This document shows, piece after piece, positions 20,658 to 31,372 of a stretch of DNA of 64,000 nucleotides (the stretch's first letter is position 1; every line of letters begins with the position of its first letter). This DNA comes from an uncultured Ectothiorhodospiraceae bacterium (GTDB lineage: Bacteria; Pseudomonadota; Gammaproteobacteria; GCA-002705445; GCA-002716945), in the NCBI GenBank assembly GCA_964342155.1, contig CAYFEQ010000006.1, positions 2,245-66,244 on the forward strand, given 5' to 3'. A program made the position numbers and the translations under genes. The notes under the pieces are model-generated. The model did not search any database, was not told the DNA's origin, and was given only the letters and a program-made list of their open reading frames with translations.

Positions 20658-21950
20658 TTAATGGTTAGTATTTGAAATTATTATGTCATTGGGTCCATAT
20701 GCAGCAATTAATTCCTCTTTGACAAAGATAAATGCATATGAGTCTCTTTCCCAAATAGGGATATTCTTTGATTGGAATATTTTTTTTAGCTTTTGATGAA
20801 ATTTTGAATTCAACAAAATCTTTTCACCGCCTTCTCTTCTTCTGACAATTACAGGTTGGTTTATATGTAGAAAATCATAAATTCCTAACTCTTTGAGTTT
20901 AGATATTTTAATTATTAATTCATTAAATTTCAAATCATCAGATAAATCCCATTTTTTTGATTTATGGATATCTTTGTTTGATAATTTATTTATTAAATAT
21001 AAAAATCCTTGGTATTTTCTAATTGAAAAAGAATGAAAAGTAAATTCTGGTGTTGAATCCTTATCAGTATTAATAATAGTATTTAATATTTCACTAATTT
21101 GATAATGATTTAATAAAATGTTAGTTTCTAAAGAGAACCATTTATGTATTATCTCAGATTGAATAAAATTATTTTCTTGCTTAAGTTTTACTAATGAAAG
21201 TTTTTTAGAGCCACTATCATAAATGTGATTTAGTTTATCAATTATTATATCATCTAAAATTATTGAATTAATTTTCTGATGTTCTATATTACTTTTCATA
21301 ACATTATTCAGGCTACTCCATCTACTTTTAAGTTTAGGAATAATTTCATTTCTAATAAAATTCCTATCAAATTTATTTGAATTATTTGTCGTATCATTTA
21401 AAAAACTTAATTGATTTCTCTTTTGATAATCCTCAATATCTTTTTTATTAATATTTAATAATGGTCTTGCAATTATTTTATTGTTTATGTTATTAAATAA
21501 AGACATACAGGATAAGCCTTTATTGCTTGAACCTCTCATTAAACGAAGAAAAAAAGTCTCTATTTGATCATCAAAATGATGTCCAGTTAAGATATATTCA
21601 TTTTGATATGCAATTTCTGTTAGTGCGTTATAACGTTTATTCCTTAACTGTTCTTCTATATTAGATGATTTATCTAAATATATATCAATATTTATAAATT
21701 CTAAATTATATTTGTGACAAATATTTTTACAGTGTATAGCAAATGCTTCAGATTCTTTTGTCAAATTATGATTTATATGCGCAACTCTGATATTTAATTG
21801 AAATTTATCTTTTAATAGATTCATAGTATGCAATAAAACACTAGAATCACATCCACCGCTATACGCAATTAAAAAACTTTTTATCTCTGAACTTGATATG
21901 AAGTCTTTGCATGCAGAGATAATCTTTTGTTCAGACTTGATAATCCCCAT
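20658..21950 (-). CDS. tilS: tRNA(Ile)-lysidine synthetase
   Basis: PP-loop SGGCDS near the N-terminus, 430 aa, adjacent to accA. Confidence 0.85.
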   Translation of the reverse strand: MGIIKSEQKIISACKDFISSSEIKSFLIAYSGGCDSSVLLHTMNLLKDKFQLNIRVAHINHNLTKESEAFAIHCKNICHKYNLEFINIDIYLDKSSNIEEQLRNKRYNALTEIAYQNEYILTGHHFDDQIETFFLRLMRGSSNKGLSCMSLFNNINNKIIARPLLNINKKDIEDYQKRNQLSFLNDTTNNSNKFDRNFIRNEIIPKLKSRWSSLNNVMKSNIEHQKINSIILDDIIIDKLNHIYDSGSKKLSLVKLKQENNFIQSEIIHKWFSLETNILLNHYQISEILNTIINTDKDSTPEFTFHSFSIRKYQGFLYLINKLSNKDIHKSKKWDLSDDLKFNELIIKISKLKELGIYDFLHINQPVIVRRREGGEKILLNSKFHQKLKKIFQSKNIPIWERDSYAFIFVKEELIAAYGPNDIIISNTNH

Positions 21951-22893
21951 ACGACTCTAATTTTTTCTTACGCGATGATAATAAATCACCAATACTTTGC
22001 ATCTTAAGTTCATCTAAGATAGAAATTAAATTCATTTTTAAAGAAGAACCCATAGCGGCATGATCTCTATGAGCGCCACCTAATGGCTCAGGTATAATAA
22101 TGTCTATTAATTTATGATCTAATAATTTTGTCGCAGTTATGCATAATGCTTCAGCGGCTTTTTCAGCCATTTTTGCATCTTTCCATAAAATAGAAGCACA
22201 ACCTTCCGGGCTTATTACTGAATATATACTGTATTGTAGCATTGCGATTTTATCGCCTATACCAATAGCTAATGCGCCACCAGACCCACCTTCACCAATG
22301 ATTATGCAGATAATTGGTACAGATAAATTAGACATAGTATATAAGTTTTCAGCAATTGCTTGGCTCTGATTTCTTGATTCTGCATCTATTCCTGGGTAAG
22401 CTCCTGGAGTGTCAATAAAAGTTATGATTGGAAGTTTAAATTTTTCAGCCATCTTCATTACACGCAACGCTTTTCTATACCCCTCAGGTTTTGGCATGCC
22501 AAAATTGCGCTGAACTTTTTCTTTAGCATCTCTCCCTTTTTGATGTCCAATAAAAACAAAATCATGCTGTTCAATTTTTCCTAATCCTGTAATTATTGCA
22601 GGATCATCACCAAACATTCTATCACCATGTAATTCTGTAAATTCTGAAAAAACTTGAGAAATATAGTCAAGTGAGTATGGTCTCAGAGGGTGGCGTGCTA
22701 ATTGGGATATTTGCCAATCAGTTAAACTATCAAAAATTTTATTAGTTTTTGATTCATATTCATTTGATAGTTTTGATATTTCAGTCTGTGTTTTTTCAGT
22801 TTTTTCGTGATTATTTTTAAGCGTGTTTATTTCAGCCTCAATTTCAAGAAGCGGTTGTTCAAAATCTAAATAATTAGGATTAAATTCTCTCAT
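21931..22893 (-). CDS. accA: Acetyl-CoA carboxylase carboxyltransferase alpha subunit
   Basis: 320 aa; conserved [12 protein letters not shown] and downstream of dnaE. Confidence 0.9.
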   Translation of the reverse strand: MREFNPNYLDFEQPLLEIEAEINTLKNNHEKTEKTQTEISKLSNEYESKTNKIFDSLTDWQISQLARHPLRPYSLDYISQVFSEFTELHGDRMFGDDPAIITGLGKIEQHDFVFIGHQKGRDAKEKVQRNFGMPKPEGYRKALRVMKMAEKFKLPIITFIDTPGAYPGIDAESRNQSQAIAENLYTMSNLSVPIICIIIGEGGSGGALAIGIGDKIAMLQYSIYSVISPEGCASILWKDAKMAEKAAEALCITATKLLDHKLIDIIIPEPLGGAHRDHAAMGSSLKMNLISILDELKMQSIGDLLSSRKKKLESYGDYQV

Positions 22894-22929
22894 AAGTTAA
22901 ATTAATTATAAACAATATTAGAAAAATAA

Positions 22930-25900
22930 CTATTGATATTTAACTTTTATATTTTCATGCCCTAACAAATCTTTCAAATTATTTATCAAAGTTGTAGAAG
23001 GGATAATATACCATTTTTTATCAAGCACTAATGGCACAGTATGTCCTTTTGTTTCGCATTTAATTGTTAATTGGCAGCTGCCATTTTTATAAGGCTCCAG
23101 AAGATTATCAATATTGCTTAAAAGTTGTGAATCTGACTTTTCTGGATCAAGAGTAAGTTCTATCTTTTTGGAGAATTTTTTTCTTGCCTCTTCAAAATCA
23201 AATATCCCAGTAGCTCTAAGTGTTAACTGGGAATCAAAATCATCAATTGACATTTTTCCCTGGAAGAATAAAATCTTATTTTCCGTTATCAAAGATTTAT
23301 ATTTAAAAAATATTTCAGCAAATAGAATGACTTGCATTCTTGCTGTAGAGTCATCAACAGTAATAATATAAAGAAATTTATCTTGACCAACTCTTTGTTG
23401 CCTTACATTAATTATTACGCCACACACTATAGAGTTATCTACAGCTTGATTAGCTCTAGCGCTTGAATAAAATTCATTATAGTAAGAATAAATATTTGAT
23501 ATAGACATTTCACTTATTTCATTTTGATATTCTTTAATTGGATGTCCTGATAAATAAAAACCTATCATATTCTTTTCTTGGGACAAAATTTGTTCCTTGC
23601 TATATTTAATGTTCCCATTATTAGATAAGTCTGATCCATTTTGGTTTACCCCGTTTTTCATGACTGATGTTGAATCATTAGTAAATAATTCTTTTTGTCC
23701 CATAGAAACTGTCGTTTGGCGCTGTTGACCATAGGAGATTGCTTTATTAAGTATATTTATTAAATTATTCCTTTGTTCTCCAAATACATCAAAAGATCCT
23801 GAATATACGAGAGATTCTAGCGTTCCAATATTTACTATATTATGAGGTACTCTTTCACAAAAATTATAAATATTTTCATACGGCCCATTCTTCTCTCTTT
23901 CATTAACTATATGGACCGATGCAGCATTACCAACACCTTTAATTGCAGCTAACCCAAATAGAATAGTTTTTCTATCTATAGATTCAAAATATGTATTAGA
24001 TGAGTTGATGTTGGGTATCTGTATGTTTATTCCCATTTCTTTGCAGGCATCATTAAGTGTAATAATTTTATCAGTTTTGTCCATATCTGATGACATTGCT
24101 GCAGCAAGAAATTCTGAGGGGTAGTATGATTTTAAGTATGCTGTTTGATATGCAATATTTGCATAAGCAACGGAGTGTGATTTATTGAAGCCATAACCAG
24201 CAAACTTTTCCATTTTTGAAAAAATAGAATTAGCAATATATTTATTAATGCCATTCTCCTCTGAACCAGCTAAGAATTTCTTTCTGTGTAACTCCATTTC
24301 TTTCTTTTTCTTTTTCCCCATTGCTCTACGAAGTAAATCAGCTTCACCTAGGGTATAATTTGCAAGTGATCTAGATATTTCCATGACCTGTTCCTGATAA
24401 AGTATAAGGCCGTAAGTATCAGACAATATGTCTTCCAAAAGTGGGTGTTCATAATTAACTTCTCTACCATGTTTATTGCTTATAAAATCATCAACCATAT
24501 TTGTACCTAAAGGTCCAGGTCTATATAGTGCGACTAGGGCGACTATGTCATTAAAACAGTCAGGTTTTAATTTTCCCATATATCTTTTCATTCCAAAAGA
24601 CTCTAGCTGAAATACACCTGTTGTTAATTTATTTTGTAATAATTTAAAAACTTTATTATCATCTAATTCTTTATTCTGAAAATCAAATTCAATATCCTTT
24701 GACTTCTTACTGATTGTTTTAATAGCTTTATCAATGATTGTTAATGTTCTAAGGCCAAGAATATCAAATTTTATTAAACCTAAATTTTCTATGTCATCTT
24801 TATCAAATTGTGTTACTAACTCATTACTTTCATCAACTCTATAAATTGGCATATAGTTAGTTATATTGCTAGGAGCAATAACTATTCCAGCTGCATGTTT
24901 GCTGATATTTCTAGGTAATCCTTCTAGTTCCTTTGAAAAGTCAATTAAGGTTTTAATATCATCATTATTTTTATATTCTTTTTTTAGTTCAGAATTTTGA
25001 GATAGTGATTCGTCGATAGTGATTCCTGGTACGAATGGTATTTGTTTCGCTATTTTATCAACAAATCCATAGGGTAAACCTAGAACTCTTCCTACATCAC
25101 GTATGACAGCTCTAGCAGTCATTGAACCATAGGTAATAATCTGTGATACTTTATCCTCTCCATAAATCTCAACAATATGATCAATAACTTTCTGTCTATT
25201 ATTGACACAAAAATCAATATCAAAATCAGGTAAAGAAATTCTTTCAAGATTTAAAAACCTTTCAAACAATAGATTATGCTTGATTGGATCAATTGATGTA
25301 ATATTTAAAACATAGGCAACCAATGAGCCAGCGCCAGACCCTCTACCTGGGCCAACAGGAATAGAGTTATTTTTGGCCCATGATATAAACTCATATACTA
25401 TTAAAAAATAACTAGCAAATCCCATTTTTGAGATTGTTTGCATTTCTTTTTTTAATCTATCTTCATAAATAGCTTCATCTAAAGATTTATCTTTCTCCAA
25501 AATAGTTTGTAAGCCTGATAATGCTAATCTTTCAAAATAATTGTCAGTTGGTTCGCCATCGGGAGTTTTAAATTTTGGCAATTGATACTCTGTTGTATCC
25601 AAATGGAAATTACATCTTTTAATAACTTCTGTAATATTTTGTAAGGCATCTGGTATGTCACCAAATATTCTTTCCATATCTTCTTGTGATTTAAAAAACT
25701 GCTCTTCAGTAAATTGATTCTGATTTATTCTATCTTCAAGTTTAATTTTTTTATTAATGCAAACTCTTATTTCATGGGCCTGAAATTCATTTTTTGTAAG
25801 AAACTGTACATCATTTGTAGCAATTAAGGGCAATTCATATTCTTCAGCTATCAAAACGGACTGGTTATTATATTCCTTTTCAAACTCTCTCTGTGTTCTT

Positions 25901-26406
25901 TCAATTTGAACATAAAATCGTGATTTAAAGATTTCTGTGAGCTTATTGAGCGATTCTTTAAAAAAGTTTTTTTGACTCAGTAGGAGGTTTTTCCCCAATA
26001 ACCCATTTCTTCCTCCAGTTAATAAAATTAATCCTTCATTATATTTTTCTAGTTGATCAATCGTTGTGGTTGGATTCTCATTCATATCTTTTTCAAAATG
26101 GGCAGCAGAAATTAGTTTTATTAAATTCTTGTAACCAATAATATTTTGACAGAGAAGAATAATATTTGGGTTTACACCTTTATAAATATTTCTTATAGGT
26201 ACCTCACATCCAATAATGGGTTTAATGCGATTTTCTATACATTTTCTATAAAATTTAATAGCTGCAAATAAATTTAAATGGTCAGTTATTGCTAAACTAG
26301 TAATTTTATTTTTAATTGCAAAGTTTATGAGTTTTTCTATACCAGCAGATCCAGTATTAATAGAGTATGCTGTATGTAAATGAAGATGTGTAAATTCCTT
26401 ATTCAT
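22930..26406 (-). CDS. dnaE: DNA polymerase III alpha subunit
   Basis: 1158 aa; a PHP domain (HLHLHTAYS), a polymerase core and an OB fold. Confidence 0.95.
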   Translation of the reverse strand: MNKEFTHLHLHTAYSINTGSAGIEKLINFAIKNKITSLAITDHLNLFAAIKFYRKCIENRIKPIIGCEVPIRNIYKGVNPNIILLCQNIIGYKNLIKLISAAHFEKDMNENPTTTIDQLEKYNEGLILLTGGRNGLLGKNLLLSQKNFFKESLNKLTEIFKSRFYVQIERTQREFEKEYNNQSVLIAEEYELPLIATNDVQFLTKNEFQAHEIRVCINKKIKLEDRINQNQFTEEQFFKSQEDMERIFGDIPDALQNITEVIKRCNFHLDTTEYQLPKFKTPDGEPTDNYFERLALSGLQTILEKDKSLDEAIYEDRLKKEMQTISKMGFASYFLIVYEFISWAKNNSIPVGPGRGSGAGSLVAYVLNITSIDPIKHNLLFERFLNLERISLPDFDIDFCVNNRQKVIDHIVEIYGEDKVSQIITYGSMTARAVIRDVGRVLGLPYGFVDKIAKQIPFVPGITIDESLSQNSELKKEYKNNDDIKTLIDFSKELEGLPRNISKHAAGIVIAPSNITNYMPIYRVDESNELVTQFDKDDIENLGLIKFDILGLRTLTIIDKAIKTISKKSKDIEFDFQNKELDDNKVFKLLQNKLTTGVFQLESFGMKRYMGKLKPDCFNDIVALVALYRPGPLGTNMVDDFISNKHGREVNYEHPLLEDILSDTYGLILYQEQVMEISRSLANYTLGEADLLRRAMGKKKKKEMELHRKKFLAGSEENGINKYIANSIFSKMEKFAGYGFNKSHSVAYANIAYQTAYLKSYYPSEFLAAAMSSDMDKTDKIITLNDACKEMGINIQIPNINSSNTYFESIDRKTILFGLAAIKGVGNAASVHIVNEREKNGPYENIYNFCERVPHNIVNIGTLESLVYSGSFDVFGEQRNNLINILNKAISYGQQRQTTVSMGQKELFTNDSTSVMKNGVNQNGSDLSNNGNIKYSKEQILSQEKNMIGFYLSGHPIKEYQNEISEMSISNIYSYYNEFYSSARANQAVDNSIVCGVIINVRQQRVGQDKFLYIITVDDSTARMQVILFAEIFFKYKSLITENKILFFQGKMSIDDFDSQLTLRATGIFDFEEARKKFSKKIELTLDPEKSDSQLLSNIDNLLEPYKNGSCQLTIKCETKGHTVPLVLDKKWYIIPSTTLINNLKDLLGHENIKVKYQ

Positions 26407-26410
26407 AATC

Positions 26411-26983
26411 TTAAGTTGACGTCATATCACTAATAGGGCTAAACGATTGTCGATGATAAATAGATGGTCCAAATCTTTCTAATGCCATTTTATGATCTTT
26501 GGTTGGGTAGCCTTTGTTTTTTTCAAAGCTGTAGACTCTAGTTTTCTTATCTAAATACATCATTTCATTATCGCGTATAACTTTTGCAACAATTGAGGCA
26601 GCTGATATCTCCGGGATTATAGAATCACCTTTTACAAAACATTTTGATGAAATATTAGTTTTAGGTGCATATAGTCCATCAATATAAATAACATTCGGCG
26701 TAATAGATAAATTATTAATTGCTCTTTTCATTGATAATAATGTTGCATTATGAATATTTATTTTATCAATCTCAACATTAGTAGAGAGACCAATACCTAT
26801 TGAATATGAGTGCCTAATTATATAGTCTGCCAATTTACATCTTTTATTATGGGATATAGTTTTTGAATCAACCAAGAGTGCTCTATCAATTTTATTACTT
26901 AAGATAATAGCGGCCGACATAACTGGCCCTGCAAGGCATCCACGCCCCACTTCATCAACTCCAGCTAAAAATTTGATTGTCAT
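26411..26983 (-). CDS. rnhB: Ribonuclease HII
   Basis: The MTIKFLAGVDEVGRGCLAGPV start aligns with the canonical RNase HII N-terminus. The track ORF extends 44 aa further upstream to 27115, but that would overlap the divergent gnnA-like start. Confidence 0.85.
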   Translation of the reverse strand: MTIKFLAGVDEVGRGCLAGPVMSAAIILSNKIDRALLVDSKTISHNKRCKLADYIIRHSYSIGIGLSTNVEIDKINIHNATLLSMKRAINNLSITPNVIYIDGLYAPKTNISSKCFVKGDSIIPEISAASIVAKVIRDNEMMYLDKKTRVYSFEKNKGYPTKDHKMALERFGPSIYHRQSFSPISDMTST

Positions 26984-27049
26984 TGGTAATTCACTATATA
27001 ATTGAGCTTTATATAAATATATCAAAATTCTTGAGCCGATGCTGTTAAA

Positions 27050-27976
27050 ATGATCAATAAAAAAATTAATATAGGTATTATAGGGCTTGGGTATCTTGGT
27101 AATTATCATTATCAAAAATTTAATAAAAGCACATTATGTAACATAAAATGGGTCGTAGATAGTGACCAAAGAACATATAAACAAATTAAAAATAAAAACA
27201 TAAAAAAAAGTAAGGATTTTCATAAAATAGTTGATGATATAGATGCAGTATCAATAATTACTCCGACAAAAACACATTTTCATATAGCTAAATTTTTTTT
27301 AATGAATAAGAAGCATGTATTATTGGAAAAACCTATGACTGAAAATACAGCTCAAGCCAACAAATTAATTGAAATAGCAAAAAAAAATAAAGTTATTTTA
27401 CAAATTGGACACCTAGAAAGATTCAATCCTGTAATGAAAAAACTAGAAAATGATATAAAAAAGCCTGTTTTCATAGAAGGTCACAGATTATCTGAATTTA
27501 ACACACGATCTACAGATATAAATGTCATATTTGACTTAATGATTCATGATATAGACATTATTTCTAATATTGTTAAATCTAAAATTAAAAAAGTTTCAGC
27601 ATTTGGAAAAAAAATAATTACATCTTCACCTGATATAGCAAATGTCAGACTAGAATTTGTTGGAGGCTGTATTGTAAATTTAACAGCAAGTAGAATAAGT
27701 CAAAAAAATGAAAGAAAAATTAGGATTTTTGAAAAGAATAAATATTGGTCAGTTGATTTTATGAATCATAAAATTAATAAATATTCTAAAATCATGAAAA
27801 ATAAAAAATTTCTATTTAAAAATGAAAAATTCTCCTTTTTAAAAAAAGATTCTCTTAAATCTGAAATTGATAATTTTTTGAAATCCTGCTCTGGAATAGA
27901 AAAACCTTTAGTTACTGGAATTGATGGCAGAAATGCTATTATTGCTGCTACTAGGATTTCTAAAATTTTAAAATGA
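27050..27976 (+). CDS. gnnA: Gfo/Idh/MocA-family NAD-dependent oxidoreductase (GnnA-like UDP-GlcNAc 3-dehydrogenase)
   Basis: N-terminal Rossmann IGIIGLGYLG, the EKP motif and 308 aa. Its placement with a DegT aminotransferase between rnhB and lpxB next to lpxA matches the described gnnA/gnnB context. Confidence 0.6.
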   Translation: MINKKINIGIIGLGYLGNYHYQKFNKSTLCNIKWVVDSDQRTYKQIKNKNIKKSKDFHKIVDDIDAVSIITPTKTHFHIAKFFLMNKKHVLLEKPMTENTAQANKLIEIAKKNKVILQIGHLERFNPVMKKLENDIKKPVFIEGHRLSEFNTRSTDINVIFDLMIHDIDIISNIVKSKIKKVSAFGKKIITSSPDIANVRLEFVGGCIVNLTASRISQKNERKIRIFEKNKYWSVDFMNHKINKYSKIMKNKKFLFKNEKFSFLKKDSLKSEIDNFLKSCSGIEKPLVTGIDGRNAIIAATRISKILK

Positions 27977-29076
27977 TGAAAAGAAAAATAAAATTTTTTG
28001 ACTTAACTAAACAATATAAAAGTATTTCAAAAGAAATTAATAATAAAGTTATTAAAGTGATACGACAGGGGCAATACATCCTTGGTCCAAATGTTAATGA
28101 TTTTGAAAAAAAATTTTCAAAGAAGTTCTCAACCAAATATGCGGTCACATGTAATTCTGGTACTGATTCTCTAATATTTGCCTTAAAAGCTATAAATATA
28201 AATCAAGGTGATGAAGTGATAACTACTCCTTTCACATATTTCTCTACAGTTGAATCGATTATACAATGTGGAGCTAAACCTGTTTTTGTTGATATCGATC
28301 CATTAACTTTCAATATAAATACAAACTTAATAGAAAATGCTTTAACAAAAAAGACAAAAGCCATTATGCCAGTTCATATATTTGGCCAATCATCAAATAT
28401 GATTCATATAAGAAAAATAGCTAATAAATATAAGCTTAAGGTGATAGAGGATTGCGCACAATCAATTGGCGCAACTTTTAATAAAATTCAAACAGGGACT
28501 TTTGGTGATCTTGGCTGTTTTAGCTTTTTTCCAACAAAGAATTTAGGAGCGATAGGTGATGCTGGAATTACAATAACTTCTAACAAACAATATGCAGAAA
28601 AACTTAAAAAATTACGGAATCATGGAGGAATAGTTAGAAATGAACATGAAATGCTTGGTTATAACAGCAGAATGGATGAAATACAAGCTGCTGTATTGAG
28701 TGCAAAGTTGAAATATTTAGAAATTTTTAATCGTAAGAGAAACCAAATTGCAAAACTATATAGCTCTATGATTCAAAATAAACTTATTAGACTGCCATAT
28801 AAAAATAAAGAGAATTATCATGTATATCATCAATTCACTTTATGTGTTAATAATCGTAGTAGATTCATTAAGCACCTAACAAAATATAAAGTGCCATATG
28901 GGATTTATTATCCTAAACCACTATACAAACAAAAAGCATTAAAAGGGATATGTTCTTCAAAAAAAATGCCAATAACTGAAAATATTACAAAACAATGTAT
29001 ATCAATACCTATTTATCCTGAATTAGATAATGCTTCAATTGAATACATATCAACAACTATAAATAAATATAAATAA
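27973..29076 (+). CDS. gnnB: DegT/DnrJ/EryC1-family PLP-dependent sugar aminotransferase (GnnB-like)
   Basis: 367 aa; a PLP-lysine region FSFFPTKNLGAIGDAG. Start overlaps the stop of the preceding oxidoreductase. Confidence 0.6.
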   Translation: MMKRKIKFFDLTKQYKSISKEINNKVIKVIRQGQYILGPNVNDFEKKFSKKFSTKYAVTCNSGTDSLIFALKAININQGDEVITTPFTYFSTVESIIQCGAKPVFVDIDPLTFNINTNLIENALTKKTKAIMPVHIFGQSSNMIHIRKIANKYKLKVIEDCAQSIGATFNKIQTGTFGDLGCFSFFPTKNLGAIGDAGITITSNKQYAEKLKKLRNHGGIVRNEHEMLGYNSRMDEIQAAVLSAKLKYLEIFNRKRNQIAKLYSSMIQNKLIRLPYKNKENYHVYHQFTLCVNNRSRFIKHLTKYKVPYGIYYPKPLYKQKALKGICSSKKMPITENITKQCISIPIYPELDNASIEYISTTINKYK

Positions 29077-30170
29077 TGGAACAAAAACATATATTTGTAA
29101 TTGCAGGCGAATCTTCGGGTGATCAACATGCTGCAAACTATATTAAAGAACATAAAAAACTAAATCCTAACCATCAATTTTCTGCAATTGGGCAACAAGA
29201 ACTAGCTAAAGTTGGAGTTGATCTAATTTTTAATTCAGAAAGTATATCAGTTGTTGGAATAATGGAAGTAATTTCTAAATATGGAAAAATTAGAAAAGCA
29301 CTAAATATAGCATATAATCATATTGTTGAAAAAAAACCTGACTTAATTGTACTTGTAGATTATGTCGAGTTTAATTTAAAAATTGCTAAGTTTGCTAAAA
29401 GCAAAAATATCCCAGTGCTTTTTTATATTGCACCTCAAGTTTGGGCATGGAGAGAAAAAAGAATAAAAAAGATTATTGGTTTAGTTAATCATCTTGCCGT
29501 AGTTTTTCCATTTGAGGAAAAATTATTTAAAAAATATATGTCTAATGTCACTTATGTTGGTCATCCTCTTGCAGATGATATAAGATTTTCTTTACCACAG
29601 ACAGATACTGACAAAAAACCAATTGATGTTGGAATATTTCCTGGCAGTAGAGACTCAGAAATTAAAAATAATATTAAATTCATGATCGCTGTAGCCCATA
29701 CACTAACAAAGAATATTAAAATTTTTTACTCTAATGAAACATCAAAAAAATTAATTGAGAATTTGTGGCCTGAAAGTATAAAGTACTTGACCAGTGGTAA
29801 AGATACAGATGAAATAAAAAAATGTAAGAAAGCAATAACAGCATCAGGAACAATAACGCTAGAACTTGCATTGCTTAATATCCCGATGATTATTATGTAC
29901 AGATTGTCACCTATAACCTACTTTATTATGAAACAAATGGTTAAATTAAAATACATTGGTCTCGTGAATTTAATTCTTGGAGAAACGCTTGGGTCAAAGC
30001 CAATAGTTCAGGAGTTTGTTCAGCCTCATATAAATGATAATAATGCATCAACAGCTCTAAAAAGCCTTAATTCGCATGATTTTAAAGATAATTATGAACA
30101 AATTAGAAAAATACTTAAACCGGGAGCATCAAAGAATGTGGCTCAGATAGCTGAAAAAATGATTCAATGA
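29076..30170 (+). CDS. lpxB: Lipid-A-disaccharide synthase
   Basis: N-terminus HIFVIAGESSGDQHAANYIK, typical of LpxB; 364 aa. Confidence 0.9.
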   Translation: MEQKHIFVIAGESSGDQHAANYIKEHKKLNPNHQFSAIGQQELAKVGVDLIFNSESISVVGIMEVISKYGKIRKALNIAYNHIVEKKPDLIVLVDYVEFNLKIAKFAKSKNIPVLFYIAPQVWAWREKRIKKIIGLVNHLAVVFPFEEKLFKKYMSNVTYVGHPLADDIRFSLPQTDTDKKPIDVGIFPGSRDSEIKNNIKFMIAVAHTLTKNIKIFYSNETSKKLIENLWPESIKYLTSGKDTDEIKKCKKAITASGTITLELALLNIPMIIMYRLSPITYFIMKQMVKLKYIGLVNLILGETLGSKPIVQEFVQPHINDNNASTALKSLNSHDFKDNYEQIRKILKPGASKNVAQIAEKMIQ

Positions 30171-30941
30171 CTATCTGGTTACTCCTCTACTGCTGTTTTC
30201 AATAAACCTAATGAAATTATCGACTTCAGTGTAAGTTAAATTAAGTTTTTTATATGTCTTCATAGCTTCCTCTCTGCTATGTTTAGATTTTATAAAAATT
30301 TTAAACGCTTTTTCCAGAGCTGAAATAGTATCACTATCAAATCCTTTTCTTTTTAGGCCAGCGCTATTTATTTTGTAGGCTTGGGCATGATTACCAGCTA
30401 CAAGTGTATATGGAGTGACATCCATAGATATTACAGTCCCCAAACCTGAGAAAGCATATTCTCCTAATACACAATACTGATGTACCAGCGTAAAACCACC
30501 TAGTGTTACATAATCAGATATTTCAACATGTCCTGCAAGTGAGGCTGCATTTGAAAAAATACAATTATTATTGACAATACAATCATGAGCAACATGAGTA
30601 TACGCCATAAAAAGATTATGATTTCCGATAGATGTTTTATTTATACCTTTTTCAGTGCCTCTATTTAAAGTACAGTATTCACGGATAGTATTATTATCTC
30701 CAACTATTAAAGTAGATTCTTCACCTACAAATTTAAGATCTTGAGGAATCTCTCCTATAGAAGCAAATTGAAAAATATGATTATTCTTTCCAATAATTGT
30801 ATTTTTTTTTATAACAACATGGCTTTCAATAATTGTACCTTCATCAATTTTTACATCATCATCAATTATTGAATATGGTCCAACTTGAACGCTTGAATCA
30901 ATTTCTGCTTTCGAACTAACAATTGCAGTATTATGTATCAT
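30171..30941 (-). CDS. lpxA: Acyl-ACP--UDP-N-acetylglucosamine (or UDP-GlcNAc3N) O/N-acyltransferase
   Basis: Left-handed beta-helix hexapeptide repeats. The start was moved to MIHNTAIV by alignment with canonical LpxA, giving the usual ATGA overlap with the fabZ stop. Confidence 0.9.
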   Translation of the reverse strand: MIHNTAIVSSKAEIDSSVQVGPYSIIDDDVKIDEGTIIESHVVIKKNTIIGKNNHIFQFASIGEIPQDLKFVGEESTLIVGDNNTIREYCTLNRGTEKGINKTSIGNHNLFMAYTHVAHDCIVNNNCIFSNAASLAGHVEISDYVTLGGFTLVHQYCVLGEYAFSGLGTVISMDVTPYTLVAGNHAQAYKINSAGLKRKGFDSDTISALEKAFKIFIKSKHSREEAMKTYKKLNLTYTEVDNFIRFIENSSRGVTR

Positions 30942-31372
30942 TTTCCTTTTACGGCACCTAAAAGCTCGGCTGTACAAACTATTTCATCATTAACTTTACA
31001 ATTAGCTGAGAATTTATGAACATCTTGTTTGCTTTGAATCAGTACAACTTCGATTATAAGTATGTCTCCAGGAATAACTTGTTTCTTGAATCGTGCTTTA
31101 TCAATTCCTACAAGATAATATAAGAGTTCATTTTCATTTCTTTTATTGCTCTTAAAATCAAGGATAGCTGTAGCTTGAGCCATAGCCTCAAGCAAAAGAA
31201 CTCCTGGGAAAACTGGATAGTCAGGAAAGTGGCCCTGAAAAAATGGCTCATTATTTGATACATTTTTTTGCGCTCTTAAAGATTTATGCTCTACAAAATC
31301 TATAACTTTATCAATTAATAGGAATGGATATCGGTGTGGTAGATAATTTCTAACATCATCATTATTCATCAT
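30938..31372 (-). CDS. fabZ: 3-hydroxyacyl-ACP dehydratase
   Basis: 144 aa hotdog fold with the HFPxxPVxPG motif, in lpxD-fabZ-lpxA order. Confidence 0.9.
   Translation of the reverse strand: MMNNDDVRNYLPHRYPFLLIDKVIDFVEHKSLRAQKNVSNNEPFFQGHFPDYPVFPGVLLLEAMAQATAILDFKSNKRNENELLYYLVGIDKARFKKQVIPGDILIIEVVLIQSKQDVHKFSANCKVNDEIVCTAELLGAVKGK

Noticed and set aside
26984-27115. 44-aa N-terminal extension of rnhB (MIMIITKIPKPY...)
   Set aside because: The canonical RNase HII N-terminus aligns to the internal Met (MTIKFLAGVDEVGRG). The extension would overlap the divergent gnnA-like start at 27050.
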